Shown: positions 1-8,763, counted from the stretch's first letter. The stretch is 64,000 nucleotides of DNA from Pirellulales bacterium (GCA_035547915.1 DASZTS010000072.1:72023-136022); one strand, 5' to 3'. A program made the numbers and translations. Notes: generated by a model from the letters alone, not told the origin.

Positions 1-2233
1 CTTTGACGAAGTTTTTCTCCAGTTTTTCGATCGGTTTGTCGGCCGGCAGATAGCCCTCGCGCTGCATCTGCTCGATCGTGGCGAACGCCAGGTAAGGATT
101 GATCGCTCCCGCACCGTAGCCGGTGAGCAGGGCGAAATGTTGCACCTCGCGGGCGTCCCCCGTCTCCACGATCAGGCCGCAGTGTGTGCGGGTCTCTTCG
201 CGAATCAGATGGTGGTGGATACCGCTTGTGGCCAGCAGGGCGGGAATCGGCACCATGTTCGCATTGACGCCGCGATCGGACAGGATGAGCAGCGTTACGC
301 CGGCGGCGATGGCTTGCGAGGCCTCTTGGCGCAGCTCCTGCATCCGCCGCTCGACGCCGGCCGCGCCTTGCTCGCGGGGGAAGAGCAACGAAAGGGTGTG
401 GGCTGTGAAACCGTGCTGGTCGAGCCCCTTAATCGCGGCCAACTCGGCATTGGTCAGGATCGGCTGGTCGAGCCGCAACAGGCGGCACTGTTCGGGCATC
501 TCGGTCAGCAGGTTGCCTTCCGAGCCGATCGTCGTGACCAGCGAGGTGACGATCTCCTCGCGGATGGCGTCGAGCGGCGGGTTGGTCACCTGCGCGAAGA
601 GCTGCTTGAAATAGTTGTAGAGCGGCTGCGGCCGGTCGGAGAGTACGGCCAGCGGCGTGTCGTTGCCCATCGAGCCGATGGGCTCCTGGCCGTCGAGGGC
701 CATCGGTCCCAGCAAGATCCGCAAATCCTCCAGCGTGTAGCCGAAGGCCCGCTGCAAGGACAACAGCGACTCGGCCGGGTGACCGTTCGTCAAGTTACCG
801 TTCGCCTCGCCGTTGGTCGAACTGCCGTTGCGCTTGGGCGTCTTGGGCAGCGTGTCGAGCGTGAGCTGGTGTTGGCGGATCCATTGACGATAGGGATGCT
901 GCGAGGCCAACTCGTGCTTGATCTCCTCGTCGCTGATGATGCGGCCTTGCGCCGTATCGACCAGGAACATGCGGCCTGGCCGCAGGCGCCCCTTGGACTC
1001 GATCTCGGACGGTTCGATATCGAGCACGCCCGCCTCGGAGGCCATGATGACCATGCCGCTCTTGGTGACCCAGTAGCGGCTGGGACGCAGCCCGTTGCGA
1101 TCGAGCACGGCGCCGATCGAAGTGCCGTCGGTGAAGGCCATCGAGGCCGGCCCGTCCCACGGCTCCATCAGGCAGGCCTGATATTCGTAATAGGCCTTCT
1201 TCTCGTCCGACATGCTCTCGTGGTTGGCCCACGGCTCGGGAATGAGCATCGACATGGCCTGCGGCAGCGAGCGCCCTGTGAGCACGAGCAACTCCAACAC
1301 GTTGTCGAAGATGGCCGAGTCGCTGGCGTCGGGCGTGCAGATCGGCAAGATCTTTTTGAGATCTTGGCCGTACTTTTCGCTGGCCAACATGCTGCGCCGG
1401 GCGTGCATCCAGTTGACGTTGCCGCGCAGGGTGTTGATTTCGCCGTTGTGCGCCAGGAAGCGGAACGGCTGGGCGAGGTCCCACGTGGGAAAGGTATTGG
1501 TGCTGTAGCGCTGATGGACCAGCGCCAGCGCCGATACATACCGCTCGTCGGCGAGGTCGCCGTAGAACGGCTCGACCTGGTCGGCCAGCATCAGCCCCTT
1601 GTAGACGATGACCCGCGACGACAGGGTCGGCACGTAGCAGTATTTCTTCTGCGAGAGGCCGCTGTTGCGTACGGCCGATTCGAGCTGCTTGCGGATGACA
1701 TACAACTTCCATTCGAGCATGTCGGCGGGCGTATGCTTGCCGCGCCCGATGAATACCTGCCGGATGAGCGGCTCGACGTCTCGCGCCACATAACCGATAT
1801 GGGCGTTGTCGATCGGCACGTTGCGCCAACCGAGCAGCTCCTGCCCTTCCGCGGCGACGATCTCGCCCAGCTTCTGTTCGCACCAGGCACGCTGCGAGGC
1901 ATCGGGGGGGAGAAACACCGTACCCACGCCGTAGTCGCCCTGTGCCGGCAGGGTAAAGCCGACCTGCCGGCATTTGGCGGCAAAGAAGTCGTGCGGTATC
2001 TGCGTGAGTACGCCCGCGCCGTCGCCCGTGAGCGGATCGCAGCCGCAGGCGCCGCGATGGGTCAGATTGACGAGGATCTGTAACCCCGAGCGGACGATCT
2101 CGTGGGACTTTTCCCCGCGCATATTGACCACGAAGCCCACGCCGCAGGCGTCATGTTCGTTCGCCGGATCGTAGAGCCCTTCGCGCGCGGGCAGGCCGGG
2201 GGAGTGGAATCGGTCTTGGTTCTGGTGCGACAT
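1..2233 (-). CDS. gltB: Glutamate synthase large subunit, N-terminal ~744 codons (3' end leaves the window)
   Basis: Absent from the ORF track because there is no stop inside the window. Hand translation from the ATG at 2233 gives MSHQNQDRFHSPGLPAREGLYDPANEHDACGVGFVVNMRGEKSHEIV, with the Ntn-amidotransferase Cys in ACGVGF. Near 120-300 the same strand reads ILSDRGVNANMVPIPALLATSGIHHHLIREETR..ETGDAREVQHFALLTGYGAGAINPYLA, a typical GltB central domain. Confidence 0.9.
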   Translation of the reverse strand, partial: MSHQNQDRFHSPGLPAREGLYDPANEHDACGVGFVVNMRGEKSHEIVRSGLQILVNLTHRGACGCDPLTGDGAGVLTQIPHDFFAAKCRQVGFTLPAQGDYGVGTVFLPPDASQRAWCEQKLGEIVAAEGQELLGWRNVPIDNAHIGYVARDVEPLIRQVFIGRGKHTPADMLEWKLYVIRKQLESAVRNSGLSQKKYCYVPTLSSRVIVYKGLMLADQVEPFYGDLADERYVSALALVHQRYSTNTFPTWDLAQPFRFLAHNGEINTLRGNVNWMHARRSMLASEKYGQDLKKILPICTPDASDSAIFDNVLELLVLTGRSLPQAMSMLIPEPWANHESMSDEKKAYYEYQACLMEPWDGPASMAFTDGTSIGAVLDRNGLRPSRYWVTKSGMVIMASEAGVLDIEPSEIESKGRLRPGRMFLVDTAQGRIISDEEIKHELASQHPYRQWIRQHQLTLDTLPKTPKRNGSSTNGEANGNLTNGHPAESLLSLQRAFGYTLEDLRILLGPMALDGQEPIGSMGNDTPLAVLSDRPQPLYNYFKQLFAQVTNPPLDAIREEIVTSLVTTIGSEGNLLTEMPEQCRLLRLDQPILTNAELAAIKGLDQHGFTAHTLSLLFPREQGAAGVERRMQELRQEASQAIAAGVTLLILSDRGVNANMVPIPALLATSGIHHHLIREETRTHCGLIVETGDAREVQHFALLTGYGAGAINPYLAFATIEQMQREGYLPADKPIEKLEKNFVK

Positions 2234-2236
2234 AAC

Positions 2237-3412
2237 TTATCTCCGTCGATTTCCGCTGACGAGCTCAGGCCTTTCGTCGGCCTCGACGCTCGTCGTTCCG
2301 CTCGGGCGGTTGGTACCGGCATGACCGTTCTCGCTCCGTCCTCCGCCGGCGGGCTGGCCGCCGACAAGATTGGTGCCCATGTGATGGCTTCCATGCCCAT
2401 TACCGCCGTGCATACTGCCGCCGTTGGTATTGCTACCGTTGATACTGCCCACGGGGATCGGCTCGGCCGCGATGCCGTCGCCGCCACCGTTCAGGTGAAG
2501 TGTGGTCGATTCGAGCGCCGTGGTTCGCGCCTGGCGCCTTAGGAGGTCGATGAAACGCATGGCCGCGGTGCTCAACTCTTTGCCGCGGCGATGGATGATC
2601 CCCAGCGGGCGCACCAGCTCCTCGTTGGCCAGCGGCACGGCGACGAGGGTGCCCGCCGCGACTTCGCGGACCACGGTTGGTTCGGGCAGGAGGCCCAGGC
2701 CGGCGTCGATTTCGATGGCCCGTTTGATCGTCTCGATGTTGTCGAACTCCATCACCACCTCGACATGCGCGCCGTGCAATTCGAGCGCGCGGTCGATTTC
2801 GCGGCGAATCGTCAGATTGCTGTCGAAGCCGATCATTTTCGTGCCGTGGAGCTCGTGCAGGCTGATGTGGCAACGTGCGGCCAGCGGATGGGTCGGAGCG
2901 CAGGCCAACACCATCGGCTCCTCGCGCCAATCGAGCGCCTCGATGGTCCGCGACGATTTCGGGTAGCTGACCAATCCCAGATCGGCCACGTCGTCTTCCA
3001 CCGCCTGGTGGACGCGGTCGGGGTGCAAATATTCGAGCCGCACGTTGGCTTTCGGGTGCTGGCTGAGGAACTGCTGTAGGCAGTGGTTCATGTTGTGCAA
3101 GCCGACCGAATAGATCGACGCCACGCGCACGCGGCCCGCCACCTCTTCGTGTAGACGGCGGACGCGATCTTCGACGGCGAAGTAGCGGTCGACCACCTCG
3201 CGGCAACCTTCGTAGTAGACCTCGCCCTCGGGAGTGAGGACGAACGGCCGCTTGGAGCGGTCGATGAGCTTAACTCCAAGTCCTTCTTCCAATTGCTGCA
3301 CGAGCTGACTGGCCCCTGACTGCGAAATCTCGTTCTCGTCCGCTGCCCGCGAGAAGCTCCGCTGTCGCACGACATCGCAGAAAACTTTCAGACCCTTAAG
3401 CTGTACCGCCAT
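2237..3412 (-). CDS. LysR-family transcriptional regulator with a ~90-aa Gly/Asn/His-rich C-terminal tail
   Basis: ORF 2237..3427. The first track codon is TTG and the ATG at 3412 gives MAVQLKGLKVFCDVVRQRSFSRAADENEISQSGASQLVQQLEEGLGVKLIDRSKRP (LysR wHTH) followed by a LysR substrate-binding region. The tail reads NGGGDGI..GSNTNGGSMHGGNGHGSHHMG. The stop lies 3 nt upstream of the gltB ATG on the same strand. Confidence 0.85.
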   Translation of the reverse strand: MAVQLKGLKVFCDVVRQRSFSRAADENEISQSGASQLVQQLEEGLGVKLIDRSKRPFVLTPEGEVYYEGCREVVDRYFAVEDRVRRLHEEVAGRVRVASIYSVGLHNMNHCLQQFLSQHPKANVRLEYLHPDRVHQAVEDDVADLGLVSYPKSSRTIEALDWREEPMVLACAPTHPLAARCHISLHELHGTKMIGFDSNLTIRREIDRALELHGAHVEVVMEFDNIETIKRAIEIDAGLGLLPEPTVVREVAAGTLVAVPLANEELVRPLGIIHRRGKELSTAAMRFIDLLRRQARTTALESTTLHLNGGGDGIAAEPIPVGSINGSNTNGGSMHGGNGHGSHHMGTNLVGGQPAGGGRSENGHAGTNRPSGTTSVEADERPELVSGNRRR

Positions 3413-3461
3413 GTACGAAATAACCAATGCAAATGAAGCGCGAAGATAGTATTCGGATGGG

Positions 3462-3513
3462 AGATACCAGCGTATTAGCTCAGATACCGATCGTCAAGAA
3501 GTTTGTGTATTAG
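3462..3513. promoter_or_regulatory. Interleaved direct repeats (AGATACC x2, GTATTAG x2) in the divergent LysR / membrane-protein intergenic region
   Basis: AGATACC occurs at 3462-3468 and 3482-3488. GTATTAG occurs at 3472-3478 and 3507-3513. The surrounding stretch is locally AT-richer and lies between two divergent starts. Function is not demonstrated. Confidence 0.2.
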
Positions 3514-3718
3514 AAATCCGCATAGTCCCCGTCTTTCATGAAGCCCCCAAAATGGTTAGTTTCGTGCGGCTGGTGAGCCTTCCTTTGTGGAAAGCCCGGC
3601 GGCGCGGTTCTCGACGGTGTAATATGTTGCGACGTGGAGGCCGGATGGTAGGATGAGGCGCGGCTGGCGTTGCCGCCGGCAGGGTGCCGAGCTGGCGGGC
3701 GCTTCGAGGCTGGTCAGT

Positions 3719-4582
3719 ATGCCTGACGGGGATAATCCATTCCAATCGCCAGGTCGGCCCGCCGACGTCTCTGCACCGGTAGGGCCATCCCCCCGTGACG
3801 GGTCACGATTGGGTGCCATCCTCGGCCGCGCATTCAACAGCTACTTCCGGCAATGGGGAGAGTGGCCTGTGCCGGTCTTGCTGTGCGGCCTGATCTCGAT
3901 CGGCTGCTATCTGGCCTGTCTATTTCCGTTTCTGCTCGCGAAGGGGCCTCTGTCGTGCGCGCTCTTCGCCTGTGCGTTACGGAATCTGCGCGGCTGGCCG
4001 GTAGACAATTCGTCGCTCGGCCGCGGCTGGCAGGTACTGGGGCCGGCGATGAGCAGCGGCATCTGCCTGTTCCTCCTCCAGGTCGTCCCAATGATCGTCT
4101 TCGGCGTCGTGATTTTCGGCGCGATGGTGATCTTAGGGGTCAGCGTCGGGCCCCCGCAGCCCGGGGCGAGGCCCGACGACGCACACGTGCTGACGTTCAT
4201 GTTCGGCATGATGGCCGTACAGATCGTCCTCGTCAGTTTTCTTGCGATCTGGGGTCTCGTCTTCGTCACGCGAACGATGTTCGTCATGCCTCTGGTCGCC
4301 GACCGGGGCTGCGGCTTCACGGCCGCCTGGCACGCCAGTTGGGAAGCGACCCGGCAGCGATTCTGGGAGCGATTGCTGCTGGTCGTGCTGGCGGGCATCC
4401 TCGGAGGCGTAGGCGCCTATGTCTGCTACGTCGGCATCATCTTCTCGCTGCCGCTCTACTACATGATCATCGCGGCGGCCTACGAAGACGAGTTCGGCAT
4501 CGCCTTCGACGGATGGGCTCCGCCGGACGCCATCGGGCCGGCCCTCGCTGAGTCGCCATTTGCCCCTAGCGCCGTCAGGTAG
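3719..4582 (+). CDS. Hypothetical polytopic membrane protein
   Basis: ORF 3653..4582; the internal ATG at 3719 gives MPDGDNPFQSPGRP. Several hydrophobic segments follow (VPVLLCGLISIGCYLACLFPFLL, ICLFLLQVVPMIVFGVVIFGAMVIL, LLLVVLAGILGGVGAYVCYVGIIF). I recognise no family. Confidence 0.7.
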   Translation: MPDGDNPFQSPGRPADVSAPVGPSPRDGSRLGAILGRAFNSYFRQWGEWPVPVLLCGLISIGCYLACLFPFLLAKGPLSCALFACALRNLRGWPVDNSSLGRGWQVLGPAMSSGICLFLLQVVPMIVFGVVIFGAMVILGVSVGPPQPGARPDDAHVLTFMFGMMAVQIVLVSFLAIWGLVFVTRTMFVMPLVADRGCGFTAAWHASWEATRQRFWERLLLVVLAGILGGVGAYVCYVGIIFSLPLYYMIIAAAYEDEFGIAFDGWAPPDAIGPALAESPFAPSAVR

Positions 4583-4615
4583 AGCCATTCTGAGAACCGG
4601 CATCGTGTGTTAGGG

Positions 4616-4708
4616 CAACCGACGAAACCGGATCACGCTTTGGAAAATTCGGCGTTTCACGGCCGATCTTCGCCCACGGTTTTAGGCTTTCAGCTATGTC
4701 AGCCGCGC
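4616..4708 (+). repeat. Intergenic ~95-bp repeat, copy A (most diverged)
   Basis: aaccgacgaaaccggatcacgctttggaaaattcggcgtttcacggccgatcttcgcccacgg..tgtcagccgcg aligns by eye with copies at ~34357-34452 and ~54230-54324, all in the same orientation on the + strand. Confidence 0.6.
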
Positions 4709-4935
4709 TGAGCGCGCCCGCCGGCCCGCTCTTTCCGCGAGAGGCTTTGGCGTCGGCGCGGCCATTGGATGAGGTCCTCTGACCGTCGCGGCGGAGCGCG
4801 ATTCTCTCGAACTTTTAACGAAGGCGCCTCCCTATAATAGAGGTAGCGAGCGGGGGCTTGCTCCATGTCTGTACGAGAGCCGCGTGCCAGGTGGTTCTCG
4901 AATAGACGCAGAAAACTTTGCGGGAGGTCGATGTT

Positions 4936-6456
4936 ATGTTTCACAAATCTTGGATGCGCTGCGGGGGCTTGGCCGCAGCCCTGCTCGCCGCGGTGATGGT
5001 CGGGAACGCAGATGGGCACGGTGGTGGTGGACATGGGGGTGGCGGACACGGCGGTGGCGGGCATGGCGGAGGACACGGGGGCGGCTTCCATGGAGGCGGG
5101 TTTCACGGGGGTGGCTTCCATGGTGGTGGGTATCACGGCGGTGGTTTCGGAGGCGGATACAGGGGCATGGCCGGCGGGGCCGGAATGTATCACGGCGGCG
5201 GGGCGATCCCCCGGATGGGAGGCGCGTACGGCGGTGCCCGCATGGGCAACATGGGCGGTGCTCGTGCCTATGCAGGCGGTACGGCCGGGCGTGGAATGTC
5301 GGGCTATCGGGGCGTCGGCGGACAAGGGAGCTTCGCGTCGCGACATTTCGTGGGCGGCACCGGCGGCTTGGCGGGTGCCGGCCGAGGAATGGCTGGTGGG
5401 ATGCATTCGGGCATGGCCGGCCGGACATCGAGCACCTTTCTGAATAGGCACTCACTGACGGGGTTCGGCGGAACGGCGGGACGCGGCAACATCGGCCTCT
5501 CCAGGGGCTTCGCCGGCGGACACAACAACTTCAGCTATAACCGCATCTACAACAATTTCGGCGGCCGCGGATATGGTTTGGGCTACGGCGGTTTGGGCTA
5601 CGGTGGCCGATATGGGTACGGTCTCGGTTACGGTGGCTACGGCCTGGGCGGCTACGGCGGTTACGGATTAGGGGGATATGGACTCGGCTACGGCTTTCCG
5701 TTCCTCGGCTTCGGTTATGGTTTGGGTCTGGGGTACGGCCTCGGCTACGGCGGTTATGGCGGGTACGGGTATGGTGGCTATGGCGGGTATGGTGGCTATG
5801 GCGGGTATGGAGGCTATGGAGGTTACGGCGGTTACGGTTACCCGTATTACGGCTATGGCTATGGCTACCCGAGCTATGGCTACGGTGGCTATGGCTATGC
5901 TTCGCAACCGGTGGCCACGGCCATCGTTCCCGGACAATCGGCGGCGGCCACGCCTTCGTCGGGCGATTATGCGGCGTTGGGCGAACAGGATTTCAAGGCC
6001 GCTCGATACACCGATGCGATTCGCGATTGGCAGCACGCGATGGTCGACGATCCCCAAAACGGCGGCCTGATGATGTTGTTGGGGCAGGCGTATTTCGCGG
6101 CCGGCCGCTTCGACGAGGCGGCGGGCGCCGTACAACAGGCCATGATGTCGTTGCGCCAGAGTCAGTGGGGCACGGTGATCGCCAACAACGGCGAACTCTA
6201 CCGTTCGCCGCAGGACTACACCAACCAGTTGCGTACGCTGGAAGCGGCCCGCAAGGACCACGATTCGCCGGCCGTGCGGTTCCTGCTCGGTTACCATTAC
6301 GGCTACCTCGGCTATCCCCAGCAGGCGGTGCGCGAGCTGGACCGGGTGTTGCAGATGAACCCGCAGGACCGGTTGGCGAAGGATCTGCGCGACCTGTTTT
6401 CCGGCAAACCGCCGGTGGCCAAGCCGTCGGCCGTCGTGCCGGGGCCGGCCCTGTAA
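4936..6456 (+). CDS. Secreted Gly/His/Tyr low-complexity protein with a TPR-like C-terminal domain
   Basis: ORF 4918..6456. The ATG at 4936 is preceded by GGGAGG 8 nt upstream. A signal-like WMRCGGLAAALLAAVMVGNADG is followed by (GGGH/GGGF-H)n, then a very long GYG/GLGYG tract, then a helical C-terminus (GEQDFKAARYTDAIRDWQHAMVDDPQNGGLMMLLGQAYFAAGRFDEAAGAV..LLGYHYGYLGYPQQAVRELDRVLQMNPQD). Confidence 0.8.
   Translation: MFHKSWMRCGGLAAALLAAVMVGNADGHGGGGHGGGGHGGGGHGGGHGGGFHGGGFHGGGFHGGGYHGGGFGGGYRGMAGGAGMYHGGGAIPRMGGAYGGARMGNMGGARAYAGGTAGRGMSGYRGVGGQGSFASRHFVGGTGGLAGAGRGMAGGMHSGMAGRTSSTFLNRHSLTGFGGTAGRGNIGLSRGFAGGHNNFSYNRIYNNFGGRGYGLGYGGLGYGGRYGYGLGYGGYGLGGYGGYGLGGYGLGYGFPFLGFGYGLGLGYGLGYGGYGGYGYGGYGGYGGYGGYGGYGGYGGYGYPYYGYGYGYPSYGYGGYGYASQPVATAIVPGQSAAATPSSGDYAALGEQDFKAARYTDAIRDWQHAMVDDPQNGGLMMLLGQAYFAAGRFDEAAGAVQQAMMSLRQSQWGTVIANNGELYRSPQDYTNQLRTLEAARKDHDSPAVRFLLGYHYGYLGYPQQAVRELDRVLQMNPQDRLAKDLRDLFSGKPPVAKPSAVVPGPAL
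5017..5170 (+). repeat. Coding tandem repeat: (Gly3-4-His / Gly3-Phe-His) units
   Basis: Translates to HGGGGHGGGGHGGGGHGGGHGGGFHGGGFHGGGFHGGGYHGGGFGGGYRG. Confidence 0.9.
5560..5900 (+). repeat. Coding tandem repeat: Gly-Tyr(-Leu) microsatellite-like tract
   Basis: Translates to GRGYGLGYGGLGYGGRYGYGLGYGGYGLGGYGGYGLGGYGLGYGF..GYGGYGGYGYGGYGGYGGYGGYGGYGGYGGYGYPYYGYGYGYPSYGYGGYGYAS. The DNA is iterated ggctatggN / ggttacggN units. Confidence 0.9.
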
Positions 6457-6523
6457 GCCGGCCTTGATTGGACGGGGCGGCAGGTGTTAGCGTGGGGAGT
6501 TTCACCGTAACTCGAGACTCAAC

Positions 6524-8299
6524 ATGCCCCTGATCGTCCAGAAATTCGGCGGCACGAGCGTGGCCGATAGCAAGAAGATCTTGGCCGCGGCCCGCAAGGC
6601 CATTCGTGCCCAGCAGGAAGGCAACCAGGTGGTGGTCGTCGTCAGCGCGATGGGCCACAACACCGACTTGCTGATCGACCTGGCGAAGGAGATTACCGAA
6701 ACGCCTCCCGCCCGTGAGATGGACATGCTCCTCTCGACGGGCGAGCAGGTGAGCGTGGCGCTGATGGCCATGGCCATCGAATCGCTCGGTCACCAGGCGA
6801 TCAGCATGACCGGCGCGCAGATCGGCATCAAGACCGACAGTACGCACACCAAGGCCCGCATCCATTCGATCTCGACCGACCGCATGCGCCGCGCCCTCGA
6901 CAGCGGCAAGATCGTGATCGCCGCCGGGTTCCAAGGGGTCGACGAGGATTGGAACATCACCACGCTGGGCCGCGGCGGCAGCGACACCACGGCCGTCGCC
7001 CTGGCCGCCGTGCTGGGCGCCGACGCCTGCGAGATCTACACCGACGTCGACGGCGTCTATACCACCGACCCGCGCGTGCTGCCCGAGGCCCGCCGCGTGA
7101 AGCAGGTGAGCTACGACGAGATGCTCGAACTGGCCAGCCTGGGTGCGGGGGTGATGCACAGCCGGTCGATCGAATTCGCCAAGAAATTCTCGGTGCCGAT
7201 CCACGTGCGGAGCAGCTTCTCCGACATCCCGGGCACGATGATCGTGGCCGATCCCGAGGCGCCGGGCCAGGCGGTGGGCGGGGCGACGCTCGTGAAGAAC
7301 GAGGCCCGCGTGTCGATCCTGGGCGTGCCCGACCGGCCGGGCACCAGCCATGCGATCTTTTCGAAGATCGCCGCCAAGAATATCTCGGTCGACATGATCG
7401 TGCAGAACGTCGGCAGCGACGCCCGCGCCGACATCTCCTTCACGGTCCTTCGCGACGACCTGCCCGCCACGTTAAAGGCCGTGGCCGCGGCGGCCAAGGA
7501 ACTCGGTGCCGAAGGTTGCACGCACGACGAGAACGTGTCGAAGGCGTCGGTGGTGGGGCTCGGCATGGCTACGCAGACGGGCGTGGCCCAGAAGATGTTC
7601 CGTGCGCTGGCCGATTCGAAGATCAACATCGCCATGATCTCCACCAGCGAGATCAAGATCTCGGTCCTGGTGGCGCGCGACGACGGCTTGCCCGCCTTGC
7701 GTACCGTGCACGGGGCGTTTCAGCTCGACAAGGAGCCGCCCGGCGCCCACCAGTCGCCGCACGAGGCGCACCGTCATCGCAACGGCGATGCCACCGACAT
7801 CGTGGCCCGCTTGCAGGGCATGGAACACCTGACGATCACCGACATCCGGCTCGACGAAACGCAGGGCCGTGTGACGATCTCGGGCGTGCCCGACTCGCCG
7901 GGCATCGCGGCGTCCGTGTTCGAGCACGTGGCGTCGGCCGGCATCTTCGTCGATATGATCGTGCAGAGCTTCGGGCGCGGCGGCCGGGCCAATCTCAGCT
8001 TCACCGTGCCGCAGGCGTCGTTCGACAAGGCCGTGGCGTCGACCAAGGAAGTGGGGCAGCGGCTGGGGTGCGGCCCGGTGAGCGGCTCGGCCCGTGTGGC
8101 CAAGCTCTCGGTGTCCGGCATCGGCATGCGTAGCCACACGGGCGTGGCGATCCGCATGTTCAAGGCCCTCTCGGAGGCCGGCATCAACCTGGAGATGATC
8201 AACACGAGCGAAGTGCGCGTGAATGTGGTCGTCGACGGGGCCGCCGGCCACGAGGCGCTCAAGCGGCTGCAAAACGCCTTCGCCGATGTGCAAAGATGA
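6524..8299 (+). CDS. lysC: Aspartate kinase with an extended (about 4 ACT-like) regulatory region
   Basis: Starts MPLIVQKFGGTSVADSKKILAAARKAI..VVVVSAMGHNTDLLIDLA and contains TLGRGGSDTTAVALAAVLGADACEIYTDVDGVYTTDPR. At 591 aa it has two successive regulatory halves (ARVSILGVPDRPGTSHAIFSKIA.. and GRVTISGVPDSPGIAASVFEHVA..). Confidence 0.9.
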   Translation: MPLIVQKFGGTSVADSKKILAAARKAIRAQQEGNQVVVVVSAMGHNTDLLIDLAKEITETPPAREMDMLLSTGEQVSVALMAMAIESLGHQAISMTGAQIGIKTDSTHTKARIHSISTDRMRRALDSGKIVIAAGFQGVDEDWNITTLGRGGSDTTAVALAAVLGADACEIYTDVDGVYTTDPRVLPEARRVKQVSYDEMLELASLGAGVMHSRSIEFAKKFSVPIHVRSSFSDIPGTMIVADPEAPGQAVGGATLVKNEARVSILGVPDRPGTSHAIFSKIAAKNISVDMIVQNVGSDARADISFTVLRDDLPATLKAVAAAAKELGAEGCTHDENVSKASVVGLGMATQTGVAQKMFRALADSKINIAMISTSEIKISVLVARDDGLPALRTVHGAFQLDKEPPGAHQSPHEAHRHRNGDATDIVARLQGMEHLTITDIRLDETQGRVTISGVPDSPGIAASVFEHVASAGIFVDMIVQSFGRGGRANLSFTVPQASFDKAVASTKEVGQRLGCGPVSGSARVAKLSVSGIGMRSHTGVAIRMFKALSEAGINLEMINTSEVRVNVVVDGAAGHEALKRLQNAFADVQR

Positions 8300-8364
8300 G
8301 GCACCGAGGTGAAGTGCAGCCGTCACGGGCTGGACTCTCGCCCGCCGCCCGCAAGAATTGTGAC

Positions 8365-8763
8365 ATGCGATACTTGGTGACGGCACGCGTGAAGGAGGGG
8401 CGGGAGCAGGCCCTGCGTCGGGCGATCGCCGAGCGGACGCTCGGCCGGGGCTCGGTGGCGGGAGACGAATACCTGCGCAACATGGCCGAGGCGCGTTGGT
8501 TTGACGACGGAGCGGTCAAATGGGTGGAAGTCTGCTTCTGCGACGTGCCGCTCGACGAAGAACGGCCCTATTGGGAAGAATTCTTTGATTTGATGCGCGT
8601 GCAGGACGCACACGGCCGCCACCGCTGTCGTGATCTCGACGGCAGCGAGCCCTGGGCCTGCTGCGATTGCGACTGCACCGCCCGGCTCGAAGCGCGTCTT
8701 TGCAGCACCGGCCGGCCCTTTCCCGAAGTACTCGACGGCGGCGTTCCGACCCAGCCGTCGTAG
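8365..8763 (+). CDS. Hypothetical small protein with a Cys-rich C-terminus
   Basis: ORF 8296..8763; the ATG at 8365 gives MRYLVTARVKEGREQALRRAIAERTLGRGSVAGDEYLRNMAEARWF. The C-terminus carries CFCD..HRCRDLDGSEPWACCDCDCTARLEARLC. I recognise no family. Confidence 0.55.
   Translation: MRYLVTARVKEGREQALRRAIAERTLGRGSVAGDEYLRNMAEARWFDDGAVKWVEVCFCDVPLDEERPYWEEFFDLMRVQDAHGRHRCRDLDGSEPWACCDCDCTARLEARLCSTGRPFPEVLDGGVPTQPS

Noticed and set aside
137-2083. 648-aa plus-strand ORF, plus several minus-strand ORFs in other frames, overlapping the gltB region
   Set aside because: The products are Arg/Gly/Ala/Pro-rich nonsense with no motifs. The opposite strand gives an unmistakable GltB sequence. These are high-GC shadow ORFs.
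3470-3490. tRNA-like string gtattagctcagatacc
   Set aside because: It resembles a D-arm consensus only superficially. No acceptor stem, anticodon arm or T-arm could be folded around it.
5560-5900. Highly regular short DNA repeats, which could be mistaken for a CRISPR or satellite array
   Set aside because: They lie inside a long ORF with a signal peptide and a folded C-terminal domain. The repeat unit is 6-9 nt with no spacers. It is a coding Gly-Tyr tandem repeat.
5993-7351. 452-aa minus-strand ORF antisense to lysC and the end of the Gly-rich gene
   Set aside because: It is low-complexity Arg/Gly/Ala/His-rich sequence, whereas lysC on the plus strand is clearly real.
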